IMG/VR virus record: IMGVR_UViG_3300045988_044299
Source: a virus
Strand: one strand, 5' to 3'
DNA: 34,775 bases
A program made the translations under genes and the position numbers. Of the stretch, positions 1-7,886 are shown piece by piece; positions within the stretch are counted from its first letter, which is position 1; each line of letters begins with the position of its first letter. The notes beneath the pieces are model-generated. The model saw nothing but the letters and a program-made list of their open reading frames with translations. It did not search any database and was not told the origin of the DNA.

Positions 1-141
1 TCATGGACGCCTATGAGCTGGATATGGCATACGGATCTGACGAGAACAACTTCACATGTACGATAGATCGTGCGAGCCATTGCTGCACAGAAGGTTTCTT
101 CCTGTACGTCGAAGGCGAGGAGTACGGCGGAATCGTCGACA
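1..141. repeat. Terminal overlap identical to 34635-34775; the contig closes into a 34,634-bp circle
   Basis: Direct comparison of the two ends gives 141/141 identity. The reading frame of the tail gene is continuous across the junction. Confidence 0.95.
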
Positions 142-1781
142 AAGTAAAAGTAAACACGGAGAAAGACGAGATCATGTACTCCGGAAGAACATGGCACGGA
201 ATACTGGAAAAGAAGATCATCTGTCCGGAGGACGGACAGGACTACGCAGTATTTGATGGAGAAGCCAACAAAGTACTGCAAACAATAATTGACAGGATAG
301 ACCTGGGCGATCTGTTTGAAGCATCGTCGGAAGACACAGGAATACAGATCCAGGCATTCCAGATGGATAGATATATAGACGCCTATACCGGAATATGCAA
401 GATGCTGAAAGACGCAGATGCAAAGTTGAATATCATCTGGAAAAACAAAAAGGTAGTCCTGAGCGCACAACTCCGGCAGGACTACAGCCAGGACGAAGAG
501 TTCAACACAGCACAGGTGGACTTCACAATCGAAAAAAACTACAGGCCAGTGAATCACATCATATGCCTGGGGCAGGGAGATCTGAAGAACAGAGCTGTGA
601 TCCATCTGTTTTGCGATGAAAACGGAGGAATACAGCCATACGCAACAAAAGACATACCGCTTCAAGATAGCGACTATATCCTGGGAACAAACAGGAAAGT
701 GATGGACGGGGAGGACGAAGTAGTAGAGATCCTGGACTATCCAAACGCAGAAATCACAGAAAACTACATCCTGCTGAGCACACAGCCTTCCGACTGGAAA
801 AAGAACAGCACAGCATACTTCTTTCAGGACGACAACGACAAGTTCAAAGAAGTGGAAGAAGTAGAGGTCGAGTACAAGCTACAGAAGATCCAACCGTATG
901 ACTGGGCCGTGAATTTTTCAGAATACTATGTGAAAAGTGGAAGCACGTACAAGAATGTAGAAGGGCAGACAGTAAAGCAGCTTCAGACGTCACAGCCTTC
1001 TGACTGGAGCAAAAAGTACGAAGACTATTTCACAAAAAGCGGAAGCAGTTATACACCAGTAAAAGGCGTAGAGAGGACAACGTACAGAAAGCAGGCGAAG
1101 AAACCTTCTGACTGGTCAAAGAACTACAAAAACTATTTTGAATTCTACAGCGATGGAGTAACGAGCAAATACCAGAACGTCAGTGGAATCACAAAATACA
1201 AGTATGTATTGCAGACACGGAAACCGACCGACTGGGCGGACAGCTGCACATCTTACTACAAGAAGAAGAAAAAGGGCGGATATGAAAATGTCAGCAAAAC
1301 GAAGAAGAAAAAGGCTCCGGCATGGAGAGCAAAGACATACTACACCCGGATTTCTTACGAAGTACCGCCAGCCTGGAAGGCAAACCATTATTACACAGAA
1401 GTCAATACGACCAGTGCTCCGGCATGGAGCGCGAACAAATACTACACGCAGAATGATAACGTGGCCCCGGCATGGAGCCAGAACAAATACTACAGCGAAA
1501 CAGATGAAACTGTAGCACCTGCGTGGACAGCGAACAAATACTTCAAAATGGTCACGGATCAGTATGCTGTCATGGTACAGAACGCCGTGGAGCGAATGGA
1601 GAAAGCACACCAGGCCGATGACATGAAGATCGCCCTGGAAGAAACAGAGCAAGTATACGACGTGGGAGACATCGTGGGAACCAGCGAGGAAACGACGGGG
1701 ATCACGGCAGTCCAGGAAGTATGCAAAAAGATCATCAAGATAAACAATGATGATGTGACTATAACATACGAGGTGAATTAA
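3..1781 (+). CDS. Tail-tip/baseplate protein in the Tal position (siphovirus Gp37-like N-terminus); this is the downstream part, and the true start is ATG 34592 across the circular junction
   Basis: Long ORF immediately after the Dit-position gene. It is in frame with ATG 34592 through the 141-bp overlap. The C-terminal half carries short aromatic repeats. Confidence 0.7.
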   Translation: MDAYELDMAYGSDENNFTCTIDRASHCCTEGFFLYVEGEEYGGIVDKVKVNTEKDEIMYSGRTWHGILEKKIICPEDGQDYAVFDGEANKVLQTIIDRIDLGDLFEASSEDTGIQIQAFQMDRYIDAYTGICKMLKDADAKLNIIWKNKKVVLSAQLRQDYSQDEEFNTAQVDFTIEKNYRPVNHIICLGQGDLKNRAVIHLFCDENGGIQPYATKDIPLQDSDYILGTNRKVMDGEDEVVEILDYPNAEITENYILLSTQPSDWKKNSTAYFFQDDNDKFKEVEEVEVEYKLQKIQPYDWAVNFSEYYVKSGSTYKNVEGQTVKQLQTSQPSDWSKKYEDYFTKSGSSYTPVKGVERTTYRKQAKKPSDWSKNYKNYFEFYSDGVTSKYQNVSGITKYKYVLQTRKPTDWADSCTSYYKKKKKGGYENVSKTKKKKAPAWRAKTYYTRISYEVPPAWKANHYYTEVNTTSAPAWSANKYYTQNDNVAPAWSQNKYYSETDETVAPAWTANKYFKMVTDQYAVMVQNAVERMEKAHQADDMKIALEETEQVYDVGDIVGTSEETTGITAVQEVCKKIIKINNDDVTITYEVN

Positions 1782-1784
1782 AAC

Positions 1785-2849
1785 ATGGTGCATTTAATAA
1801 CAGGATATGCAGGCCACGGGCATGTGACGGCAGCAGACGACGCGCTGTACCATGCTGGAGTCTGTGGAACAGGAAAGTATGTGATGCGTACCGGGACAAT
1901 GTTTGCCGCAAGCGTAGAAAGCAGCAACGAGATCACGATAGGTAGCGGCGACCTGGTGAACCAGGGCCGACACATCAACATACCGACCAACGCAACAGAA
2001 AAAGCAACAATCAACAACGGAACACAGGGAAAGACGAGAAAAGACGTCATTGCGATCCGATACAAGCAGGACGCTTCGACAGGAGTGGAAAGCGCAGAGC
2101 TGATCGTACTACAAGGCGCATCAGTCAACACGGGACAGACACCAGCAAGGCCAGCACTGAAAAGTGGGAACTTATACGAAGGAGACGCGATCGACGACTT
2201 TCCACTGTATGAAGTAACTTTGAATAATCTGAACATTACGGCCGTGACAAAGCTGTTTGTGCCACTGCCGACATTATCAGGAATGTTCGATCTGATCTAT
2301 CCGGTAGGAGCGATCTACATGAGTGCGAGCAGCACCAATCCGGCAAACCTGTTCGGAGGAACATGGGAAGAAATCCAGGGCAAGTTCTTACTTGCAAGAG
2401 ACGGAAGCCATGAAGCAGGAACAACAGGAGGTAGTGAGAACGTAACACTGACCACAGAACAGATTCCTGCACACAATCATATAGGTGGGGAACATACGCA
2501 TACAGGCCCATCGCATACACACACGATAAATTCACACGGGCATACGGCAAGATGTACGTCAGCAGGTGCACACAGCCATAATGTTGACAGAAATAAGAAC
2601 GCTGCGTCGGGAACAGCGAGATATGCAGCACAGGCAGCTAAGGCGAAAACGACACACGGAACGTCATCGAACGGAGCGCATACACACGGCATTACTATCG
2701 GCGGATCTGGACAGCTGACAAGCAATGCAGCAGGAACCGGGAACACAGGATCAGGTGGAGCAGTGGCAACGAGCAACACAGGAGGCAGCCGGGCACACAG
2801 TAATATGCCCCCATATCTGGCTGTGTATGTTTGGAAGAGGACGAAGTAG
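1785..2849 (+). CDS. Tail fibre / receptor-binding-type protein with a C-terminal His-x-His repeat region
   Basis: 354-aa ORF in the tail-tip module. It has repeated HxH motifs (AHNH, EHTHT, SHTHT, SHGHT, AHSH, AHTH, RAHSNMPPY) and a Gly/Ser/Thr-rich tail, as in metal-binding fibre tips. Confidence 0.6.
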   Translation: MVHLITGYAGHGHVTAADDALYHAGVCGTGKYVMRTGTMFAASVESSNEITIGSGDLVNQGRHINIPTNATEKATINNGTQGKTRKDVIAIRYKQDASTGVESAELIVLQGASVNTGQTPARPALKSGNLYEGDAIDDFPLYEVTLNNLNITAVTKLFVPLPTLSGMFDLIYPVGAIYMSASSTNPANLFGGTWEEIQGKFLLARDGSHEAGTTGGSENVTLTTEQIPAHNHIGGEHTHTGPSHTHTINSHGHTARCTSAGAHSHNVDRNKNAASGTARYAAQAAKAKTTHGTSSNGAHTHGITIGGSGQLTSNAAGTGNTGSGGAVATSNTGGSRAHSNMPPYLAVYVWKRTK

Positions 2850-2865
2850 AAGGAGGTGAAGGAAC

Positions 2866-3723
2866 ATGAACGAAGTCTATGAGTACATGGACGGCTATGA
2901 TCATTCGAATAGATATAGCGACGACATGGTCTTCGAGGTGTCAAAAGAAGATAAAAGCATTTCAATAATTCGGAAACAGACACTGATCTCCGGGGAAAGA
3001 AATTCGCAGTATATCGCATTCCAGATGCCACGGTACTACGATGGCATTGACCTGTCAGAGAAGAATATTGAAGTAATCTATGTTACAGAGACAGGAATAT
3101 CAGACATCAACAAAGTGATCAATGTACGAAGAAATGAAGAATACCTTCTGTTCGGCTGGGTAGTTCCTGGCGGAGCACTTCAGGATCCTGGCACGCTGTC
3201 CTTCTGCATCGAGTTCGCAGGCGACGAGTACGTAATGAAGACTATGCCTGTCGAAGTGGAAGTCTTCGACGGAATGAACGGATCCGACATCATGGTGGAA
3301 CCGACTGGCCAGGTATGGTACATGCAGATCCAGAACCTGTGCAGCGAGACGTTGGAGAAAGCACAGAATCACGAAACGAATGCAGCTGTGTCCGAAAAAA
3401 ACGCACAGACCTATATGCAGAACGCACAGAACGCATACAGTCAGGCGAACCTGGCAAAAGAAAGCATACAGGGATCCACAAAGCAGATCACGGATAATAA
3501 GACCAGCATCGAGGAACTGAAGAAAGAGAACGCGCAGCTGAAGGCGAGACTGGACGCTGCACTTGCAGACTATACTGGATCAGCAGAAGGAGAGATCGCA
3601 GAGGCAAGGGTGGACAGAAAAGGAAAGACATACGCAACACTGGGGGCAGCAATCAGAGGGCAGTTCGACGAGATCGGGCTGTACATAGACGATGACGGCG
3701 ACATATGCCAGAAGGAGGACTAA
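2866..3723 (+). CDS. BppU-family baseplate upper protein with a coiled-coil C-terminal half
   Basis: The N-terminal pattern (SGERNSQYIAFQMPRYYDGIDLS ... LLFGWVVP ... GTLSFCIEF) is typical of BppU_N. A Q/N/A/K-rich heptad-like segment follows. Confidence 0.65.
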   Translation: MNEVYEYMDGYDHSNRYSDDMVFEVSKEDKSISIIRKQTLISGERNSQYIAFQMPRYYDGIDLSEKNIEVIYVTETGISDINKVINVRRNEEYLLFGWVVPGGALQDPGTLSFCIEFAGDEYVMKTMPVEVEVFDGMNGSDIMVEPTGQVWYMQIQNLCSETLEKAQNHETNAAVSEKNAQTYMQNAQNAYSQANLAKESIQGSTKQITDNKTSIEELKKENAQLKARLDAALADYTGSAEGEIAEARVDRKGKTYATLGAAIRGQFDEIGLYIDDDGDICQKED

Positions 3724-4941
3724 ATGGGTAAATTATTGACGAATGAAGTAGGCTTGCAGATGCTGGAAGAAATGAGACGACAGACAGCCATTTCGGAAGC
3801 AACAGCAAGAGATCAGATCGCAGCACTTGCGTCGCAGATGTCGGCGATCGCTAAGATTGTAAGAGATGGATATGGCAACGTATTAATGGACATCGGTGAT
3901 CAGTTGAACATTGACTGGACAGACGGATCAAAAAGCTACAACGTGCCGCATGACATTGTGCATTTTGCAAACGTCGACCTGAAGAACGGAGACAAGGTTC
4001 CAGGCATGTATCTTCAGTGGCATTTCTGTTCACCGTTCGGTGTTCAGTTCGATGCAGCAGAAGCATTCTATTATGCAGAGACAGAGCTGGCAGCAGGAAC
4101 CTACAACATTATCGTAGGCGACAACTGGGGCAATAATTGCAAGAAAAACAAACAGTATCAGTTCACACTGAGCAAGCCAGTTCCAGCAGGCGGACAGATT
4201 GCAGGATTCTATTCAATGCCGGACAAGGCGGCAGCAGAGTGGACAGTACAGACATTCACAGACGCAAAGAGTACTACACCGATTGAGACAGTGAAACCGA
4301 CAGCCGGATCCAATGGAACAAACCTTGGTACATTGTCATTTGCTGGAGACGGAAAACTGAACAGCTTGCAGCGCGTAGCGTATGGGTACAACAGATGGAG
4401 TCAGTCAGCAATCAGACAGTATCTGAACAGCGCAAAGGCAGCAGGACAGTGGTGGGAACCACAGCACAAGTGGGACAGATCACCAGCAGAACTTGCGTCG
4501 AAGCCTGGATTTCTGTCAGGATATTCAGACGACTTCCTGAACGCGATCAAACCTGTGAGAGTTCGCACAGCATTGAATACGGTCACAGATGCAGCTGTAG
4601 GAGCCTACGAAGACACATACGACAAGATCTTCCTTGCATCATTAGAGCAGGAGTTCATCACACCACAGGCGTCAGGCGTTGAGGGAGAAGCCTGGGACTA
4701 TTGGAAGCAGGCTGTTGAACGCAGCACACCGACACCGTGGTATAAGACATTCGCAGAAGGAGGACACCCGATCACATACGGCATTGATGGAAAGACTTCG
4801 GCGCAGTACGTGCGGTTGCGCAGTGCGTACAGAGGCGGCGCGAGCAATACGTGGAATGTGAACGCGTCCGGCTACGTCTTCAGCGGCTACGTCACCGCAG
4901 TGAGCAGCCTTCGCTTCGCCCCGGCTTGCGTCATCTGCTAA
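3724..4941 (+). CDS. DGR target protein 1, putative receptor-binding protein with a C-terminal variable (C-type-lectin-fold-like) region
   Basis: The last ~45 codons match the template repeat except at TR adenines. The gene sits directly after BppU and directly before avd-TR-RT. Confidence 0.8.
   Translation: MGKLLTNEVGLQMLEEMRRQTAISEATARDQIAALASQMSAIAKIVRDGYGNVLMDIGDQLNIDWTDGSKSYNVPHDIVHFANVDLKNGDKVPGMYLQWHFCSPFGVQFDAAEAFYYAETELAAGTYNIIVGDNWGNNCKKNKQYQFTLSKPVPAGGQIAGFYSMPDKAAAEWTVQTFTDAKSTTPIETVKPTAGSNGTNLGTLSFAGDGKLNSLQRVAYGYNRWSQSAIRQYLNSAKAAGQWWEPQHKWDRSPAELASKPGFLSGYSDDFLNAIKPVRVRTALNTVTDAAVGAYEDTYDKIFLASLEQEFITPQASGVEGEAWDYWKQAVERSTPTPWYKTFAEGGHPITYGIDGKTSAQYVRLRSAYRGGASNTWNVNASGYVFSGYVTAVSSLRFAPACVIC
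4801..4930 (+). repeat. DGR variable region VR1
   Basis: Aligns to TR 5436-5559. Outside the AAC tract there are 10 differences, all at TR adenines. VR1 is 6 nt longer than the TR. Confidence 0.9.
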
Positions 4942-4955
4942 AGCCATCACATAAT

Positions 4956-4979
4956 CTCCGGCACCCACGGATGCCGGAG
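4956..4979 (+). promoter_or_regulatory. Hairpin 3' of VR1 (8-bp stem ctccggca/tgccggag, 8-nt loop cccacgga); candidate DGR target-recognition element
   Basis: Perfect inverted repeat with no T-run after it. The same geometry and the same loop core (ccacg) occur after VR2. Confidence 0.6.
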
Positions 4980-4996
4980 AGGAAAGGGAAAAAGAA

Positions 4997-5416
4997 ATGT
5001 CAGTACCGGAAGGGCAGAGAGGGAAAGGCAAGTTCACAGTGCTTACAAAAGCGAACATGCTAAGTATCTATACAATTAAAATCTGCTGCAATAAAAAGGT
5101 ATTCCTTCCAGAATATCAGCACGCACTTACAGACGACATCATTCGGACAGCGAAAGACATCTTCATGCACTGCTGGACGGCGAATAATATCAGAGTGGGA
5201 AAAGACGAAGAAAAACGGAAGGAACGAAGAAGACTTCAGGAGCAGGCAGCGAACGACTGCAACAATCTCCTGGCACTTATGCAGATGGCGCAGACTCTGT
5301 TCCATCTGAAACTAAAGAGGATTAAATACTGGGGAGAAAGGACGATAGAAGTCAGAACCCTGATAAGATCCTGGATTGAATCAGATACAAAACGCTACTC
5401 ACAAGAGCAGCGATAA
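4997..5416 (+). CDS. avd: Accessory variability determinant (Avd-like basic helical-bundle protein)
   Basis: 139-aa basic, helix-rich ORF in the canonical position between the target gene and the TR. The assignment rests on position and composition, not on a strong motif. Confidence 0.7.
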   Translation: MSVPEGQRGKGKFTVLTKANMLSIYTIKICCNKKVFLPEYQHALTDDIIRTAKDIFMHCWTANNIRVGKDEEKRKERRRLQEQAANDCNNLLALMQMAQTLFHLKLKRIKYWGERTIEVRTLIRSWIESDTKRYSQEQR

Positions 5417-5435
5417 GTATATGGATGTAGGCTGC

Positions 5436-5559
5436 GCGCAGAACGTGCGGTTGCGCAGTGCGAACAGAGGCAACGCGAACAATACGTGGAATGTGAACGC
5501 GTCCGGCAACGTCAACAACAACAACGCAGTGAACAGCAATCGCTTCGCCCCGGATTGCG
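5436..5559 (+). repeat. DGR template repeat (TR)
   Basis: 124 nt rich in AAC/AAT codons. It is homologous to VR1 (4801-4930) and VR2 (21728-21830) with mismatches only at its adenines. Its 3' end (attgcgcagat) diverges from the sequence shared by both VRs (cttgcgtcatc). Confidence 0.9.
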
Positions 5560-5722
5560 CAGATAAGTGGACGAGAAGCCACGCTGTAGGCGTGGTGTCT
5601 GCGAATGATAGACGCAAGGAGCCGAAATCCATGCCTGGAAACAGGCGAACAACACTGTCGTGATGCAAGATGCTTCAGCGAAGCATGGCGCTATATACGC
5701 GGCGGAAACAACAGAATAATAG
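5560..5722 (+). ncRNA. TR-to-RT spacer, probable structured part of the DGR RNA
   Basis: Three hairpins: 5579-5595 (ccacgc/gcgtgg), 5633-5646 (gcctg-GAAA-caggc) and 5670-5686 (atgcttc-agc-gaagcat). There is no credible ORF. Confidence 0.4.
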
Positions 5723-6874
5723 GTGAATTATATGGATGAAGACATCAAGGAGCAAGTGATCGGCTTCGAGGCGCTGTATAAATCAATGCACCGATGCAAG
5801 AAGAACGTGCTCTGGAAGGACTCTGCGGCGAGTTTCTATCTGAATGGGATAGAACAGGCGCTGAAGCTGGAAAAACAGCTGAAAGAAGGCACGTACAAGC
5901 CACGGCCGCCGAAGAAGTTCGAGATCACACATCCGAAAAGAAGAGAAGCTGTGAGCATAGCATTCAGGGATCGCGTGTACCAGAGATCATTGAACGACAA
6001 TGTGATATATCCAATTATGACACAATCGTTCATACATGCGAACATGGCCTGCCAGAAAGGGAAAGGAACGGATGCGGCGGAGAATCTGTTGGACGAGTTC
6101 CTGAAACACTGGTACAGGCTGCACGGCCTGGAAGGCTATGTCTTACAATGCGATATACGCGGATATTACCCAAACATGAGTCACAAAGTAGCAGAGGAGA
6201 CGTTCCGAAAGAAACTGCCTCCGGTGATCTACGAGATGACAGAAAAGATCCTTCGCGAACAGTATGAGGGAGAGAAGGGTTATAATCCGGGAAGCCAGAT
6301 GATCCAGATCGCAGGTATATCAGTCCTGGATCCAATGGATCACATGATAAAGGAGCAGCTTCACACGAAAGAGTTCGAGAGATACATGGACGACTTTCAA
6401 ATGTTTGGAGAGACTATCGAAGAATTGCAATGCCGCCGGAACGCAATAGAGGCATATCTGAACGAAAGAGAGTTCGAGCTGCATCCGAAGAAGACAAGGA
6501 TCTATCCAATCAAAGAAGGAATCAAGTTCCTGGGCTTCACGCACAGGCTGACGAGCACAGGAAAAGTTATCCGGATAATAGATCCGAACAATGTCAAGCA
6601 GGAGCGAAAGAAGCTCCGGCGCATGGTCGGTCTGGTGAAGAAGGGCCAGATGACCAGAAAGAAGGTTGACGAGTGCTTCAAGGCCTGGAAGGCACATGCT
6701 GCGAAAGGCAATTCCACAAAGCTGATCAACCGGATGAACAAATACTATGCAGATCTATGGAAGGAGGATCAGAAGCATGAGCATGACCATGACCAGAAGA
6801 AAGAGAACTGTGAAAGAACAGAGGGAAAGGGAAGACATGCAGGCACAGCTGGAGAAGCAGCAGGCGACACTTGA
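5723..6874 (+). CDS. DGR reverse transcriptase
   Basis: Contains the YMDDF catalytic motif, a GSQMIQIAG motif (the SQ signature of DGR RTs) and KGKGTDAA and FLGF motifs. It lies immediately downstream of the TR. The start could be GTG 5723 or ATG 5732. Confidence 0.9.
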   Translation: MNYMDEDIKEQVIGFEALYKSMHRCKKNVLWKDSAASFYLNGIEQALKLEKQLKEGTYKPRPPKKFEITHPKRREAVSIAFRDRVYQRSLNDNVIYPIMTQSFIHANMACQKGKGTDAAENLLDEFLKHWYRLHGLEGYVLQCDIRGYYPNMSHKVAEETFRKKLPPVIYEMTEKILREQYEGEKGYNPGSQMIQIAGISVLDPMDHMIKEQLHTKEFERYMDDFQMFGETIEELQCRRNAIEAYLNEREFELHPKKTRIYPIKEGIKFLGFTHRLTSTGKVIRIIDPNNVKQERKKLRRMVGLVKKGQMTRKKVDECFKAWKAHAAKGNSTKLINRMNKYYADLWKEDQKHEHDHDQKKENCERTEGKGRHAGTAGEAAGDT

Positions 6875-6959
6875 ATACGTGGCAGCGATGGCTGACATCG
6901 ACCTGCCCGTAGAAGAAGCAGCTGAAGGAACAGACATCGACGACGAAGAGGAGGCGTGA
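6777..6959 (+). CDS. Small acidic hypothetical protein (60 aa)
   Basis: AAGGAGG at 6761-6767 lies 9 nt before ATG 6777. The ORF overlaps the low-complexity 3' tail of the RT ORF in another frame. Confidence 0.5.
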   Translation: MSMTMTRRKRTVKEQREREDMQAQLEKQQATLEYVAAMADIDLPVEEAAEGTDIDDEEEA

Positions 6960-6961
6960 GC

Positions 6962-7231
6962 ATGGCAGCAAGAAAGAAAACAGCTGCGGAGGCTGTAGAG
7001 ACTGAAACAGCGATCCAGGAAACAACAGAAGACCAGAAAGCGGCAGACGTTCAGACGGATCCGGAGGAAAAGCAGGAAGACCAGGAAGAGGAAGAACTGA
7101 GTCCGATCGCGAAGAGATACCAGGGATTCTACAAGAAAGGATTCTGGACGAAGAAAATGCTGAAGAATATGGTCGGAAAGAAGATCACAGAAAGAGAGTA
7201 CGAGATCATCACAGGAGAGGCGTATGCGTAA
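6962..7231 (+). CDS. XkdX-like small phage protein
   Basis: The C-terminus (FYKKGFWTKKMLKNMVGKKITEREYEIITGEAY) resembles the XkdX family signature. GAGGAGG lies 7 nt upstream of ATG 6962. Confidence 0.6.
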   Translation: MAARKKTAAEAVETETAIQETTEDQKAADVQTDPEEKQEDQEEEELSPIAKRYQGFYKKGFWTKKMLKNMVGKKITEREYEIITGEAYA

Positions 7232-7448
7232 CCTGGAGCCGCACGAAGGTGGAACTGGAAGCCTGCTGGAGATCGTAGACATGATGTGCAGCGCAGTCGA
7301 AGCGATGGCAGGAGTCGTCAGAAAGCAGGCTATCCTGATCGAACAGGCGGAGATCGCAGGAGCAGTCTTCGACGATGATCTTTCAGAAGCACGTAAACAA
7401 TTAGAAACCGATCTGGACAAGATCGAGTATAAAATGAGGAGGTTATAA
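7224..7448 (+). CDS. Hypothetical protein (74 aa)
   Basis: ORF with an AGGAGAGG ribosome-binding site. It overlaps the previous stop codon and lies between the XkdX-like gene and the holin. Confidence 0.5.
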   Translation: MRNLEPHEGGTGSLLEIVDMMCSAVEAMAGVVRKQAILIEQAEIAGAVFDDDLSEARKQLETDLDKIEYKMRRL

Positions 7449-7452
7449 CAGC

Positions 7453-7884
7453 ATGATGACAAAAGAAACTATCTGCACAGCTGTAGGCGTTGCAGGAAGC
7501 GCAATCGCAGCAGCGTTCGGAGGATGGGACGAGGCCCTTGTGACTCTGATCATTTTCATGGTGATCGACTATCTTTCAGGCCTGGCAGTAGCAGGCATCT
7601 TCCACAAGAGCAACAAGTCAGAGAATGGAGCACTGGAGAGCCGTGCGGGTTGGAAAGGACTGTGCAGGAAGTGCGTGACACTTCTGTTCGTTCTGATCGC
7701 ATACCGCCTGGATCTGGCAATCGGCGTGGACTACATCAGAAACGCTGTGATTATTGGATTCATGGCTAATGAGCTGATCAGCATTGTAGAGAACGCCGGA
7801 CTGATGGGAATTCCGCTTCCGGGAGTGATTCAGAATGCCATCGAAATTCTGACACAAAAAGCACAGAACAATGAGGAGAAATAA
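7453..7884 (+). CDS. Holin (phage_holin_4_1 / toxin-secretion holin family)
   Basis: Has three or more hydrophobic segments and family-typical strings (DYLSGL ... GWKGLCRK ... NELISIVENAGLMGIP). It lies directly upstream of the endolysin. Confidence 0.85.
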   Translation: MMTKETICTAVGVAGSAIAAAFGGWDEALVTLIIFMVIDYLSGLAVAGIFHKSNKSENGALESRAGWKGLCRKCVTLLFVLIAYRLDLAIGVDYIRNAVIIGFMANELISIVENAGLMGIPLPGVIQNAIEILTQKAQNNEEK

Positions 7885-7886
7885 AA

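Noticed and set aside
1-141. The 141-bp end repeat as a biological direct terminal repeat or LTR
   Set aside because: It is an exact k-mer-sized overlap that interrupts a gene, which is more parsimoniously an assembler signature of circularity. This stays testable by terminus analysis.
4956-4979. VR1 and VR2 hairpins read as ordinary rho-independent terminators
   Set aside because: Neither hairpin is followed by a T-run. Both share their geometry, their loop core and a conserved upstream motif, which points to a DGR-specific cis element.
5376-5663. 95-aa ORF covering the template repeat
   Set aside because: It is simply the in-frame translation of the TR (an Asn-rich mimic of the VR peptides). 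It has no ribosome-binding site, and DGR TRs are non-coding.
5668-5690. Similarity between the DGR spacer hairpin (atgcttcagcgaagcatgg) and a hairpin after hammerhead A (14449-14472, atgcacttccgcaggaagcatgg)
   Set aside because: Only a short, partly gapped resemblance is shared. It is not distinguishable from chance without a statistical search.
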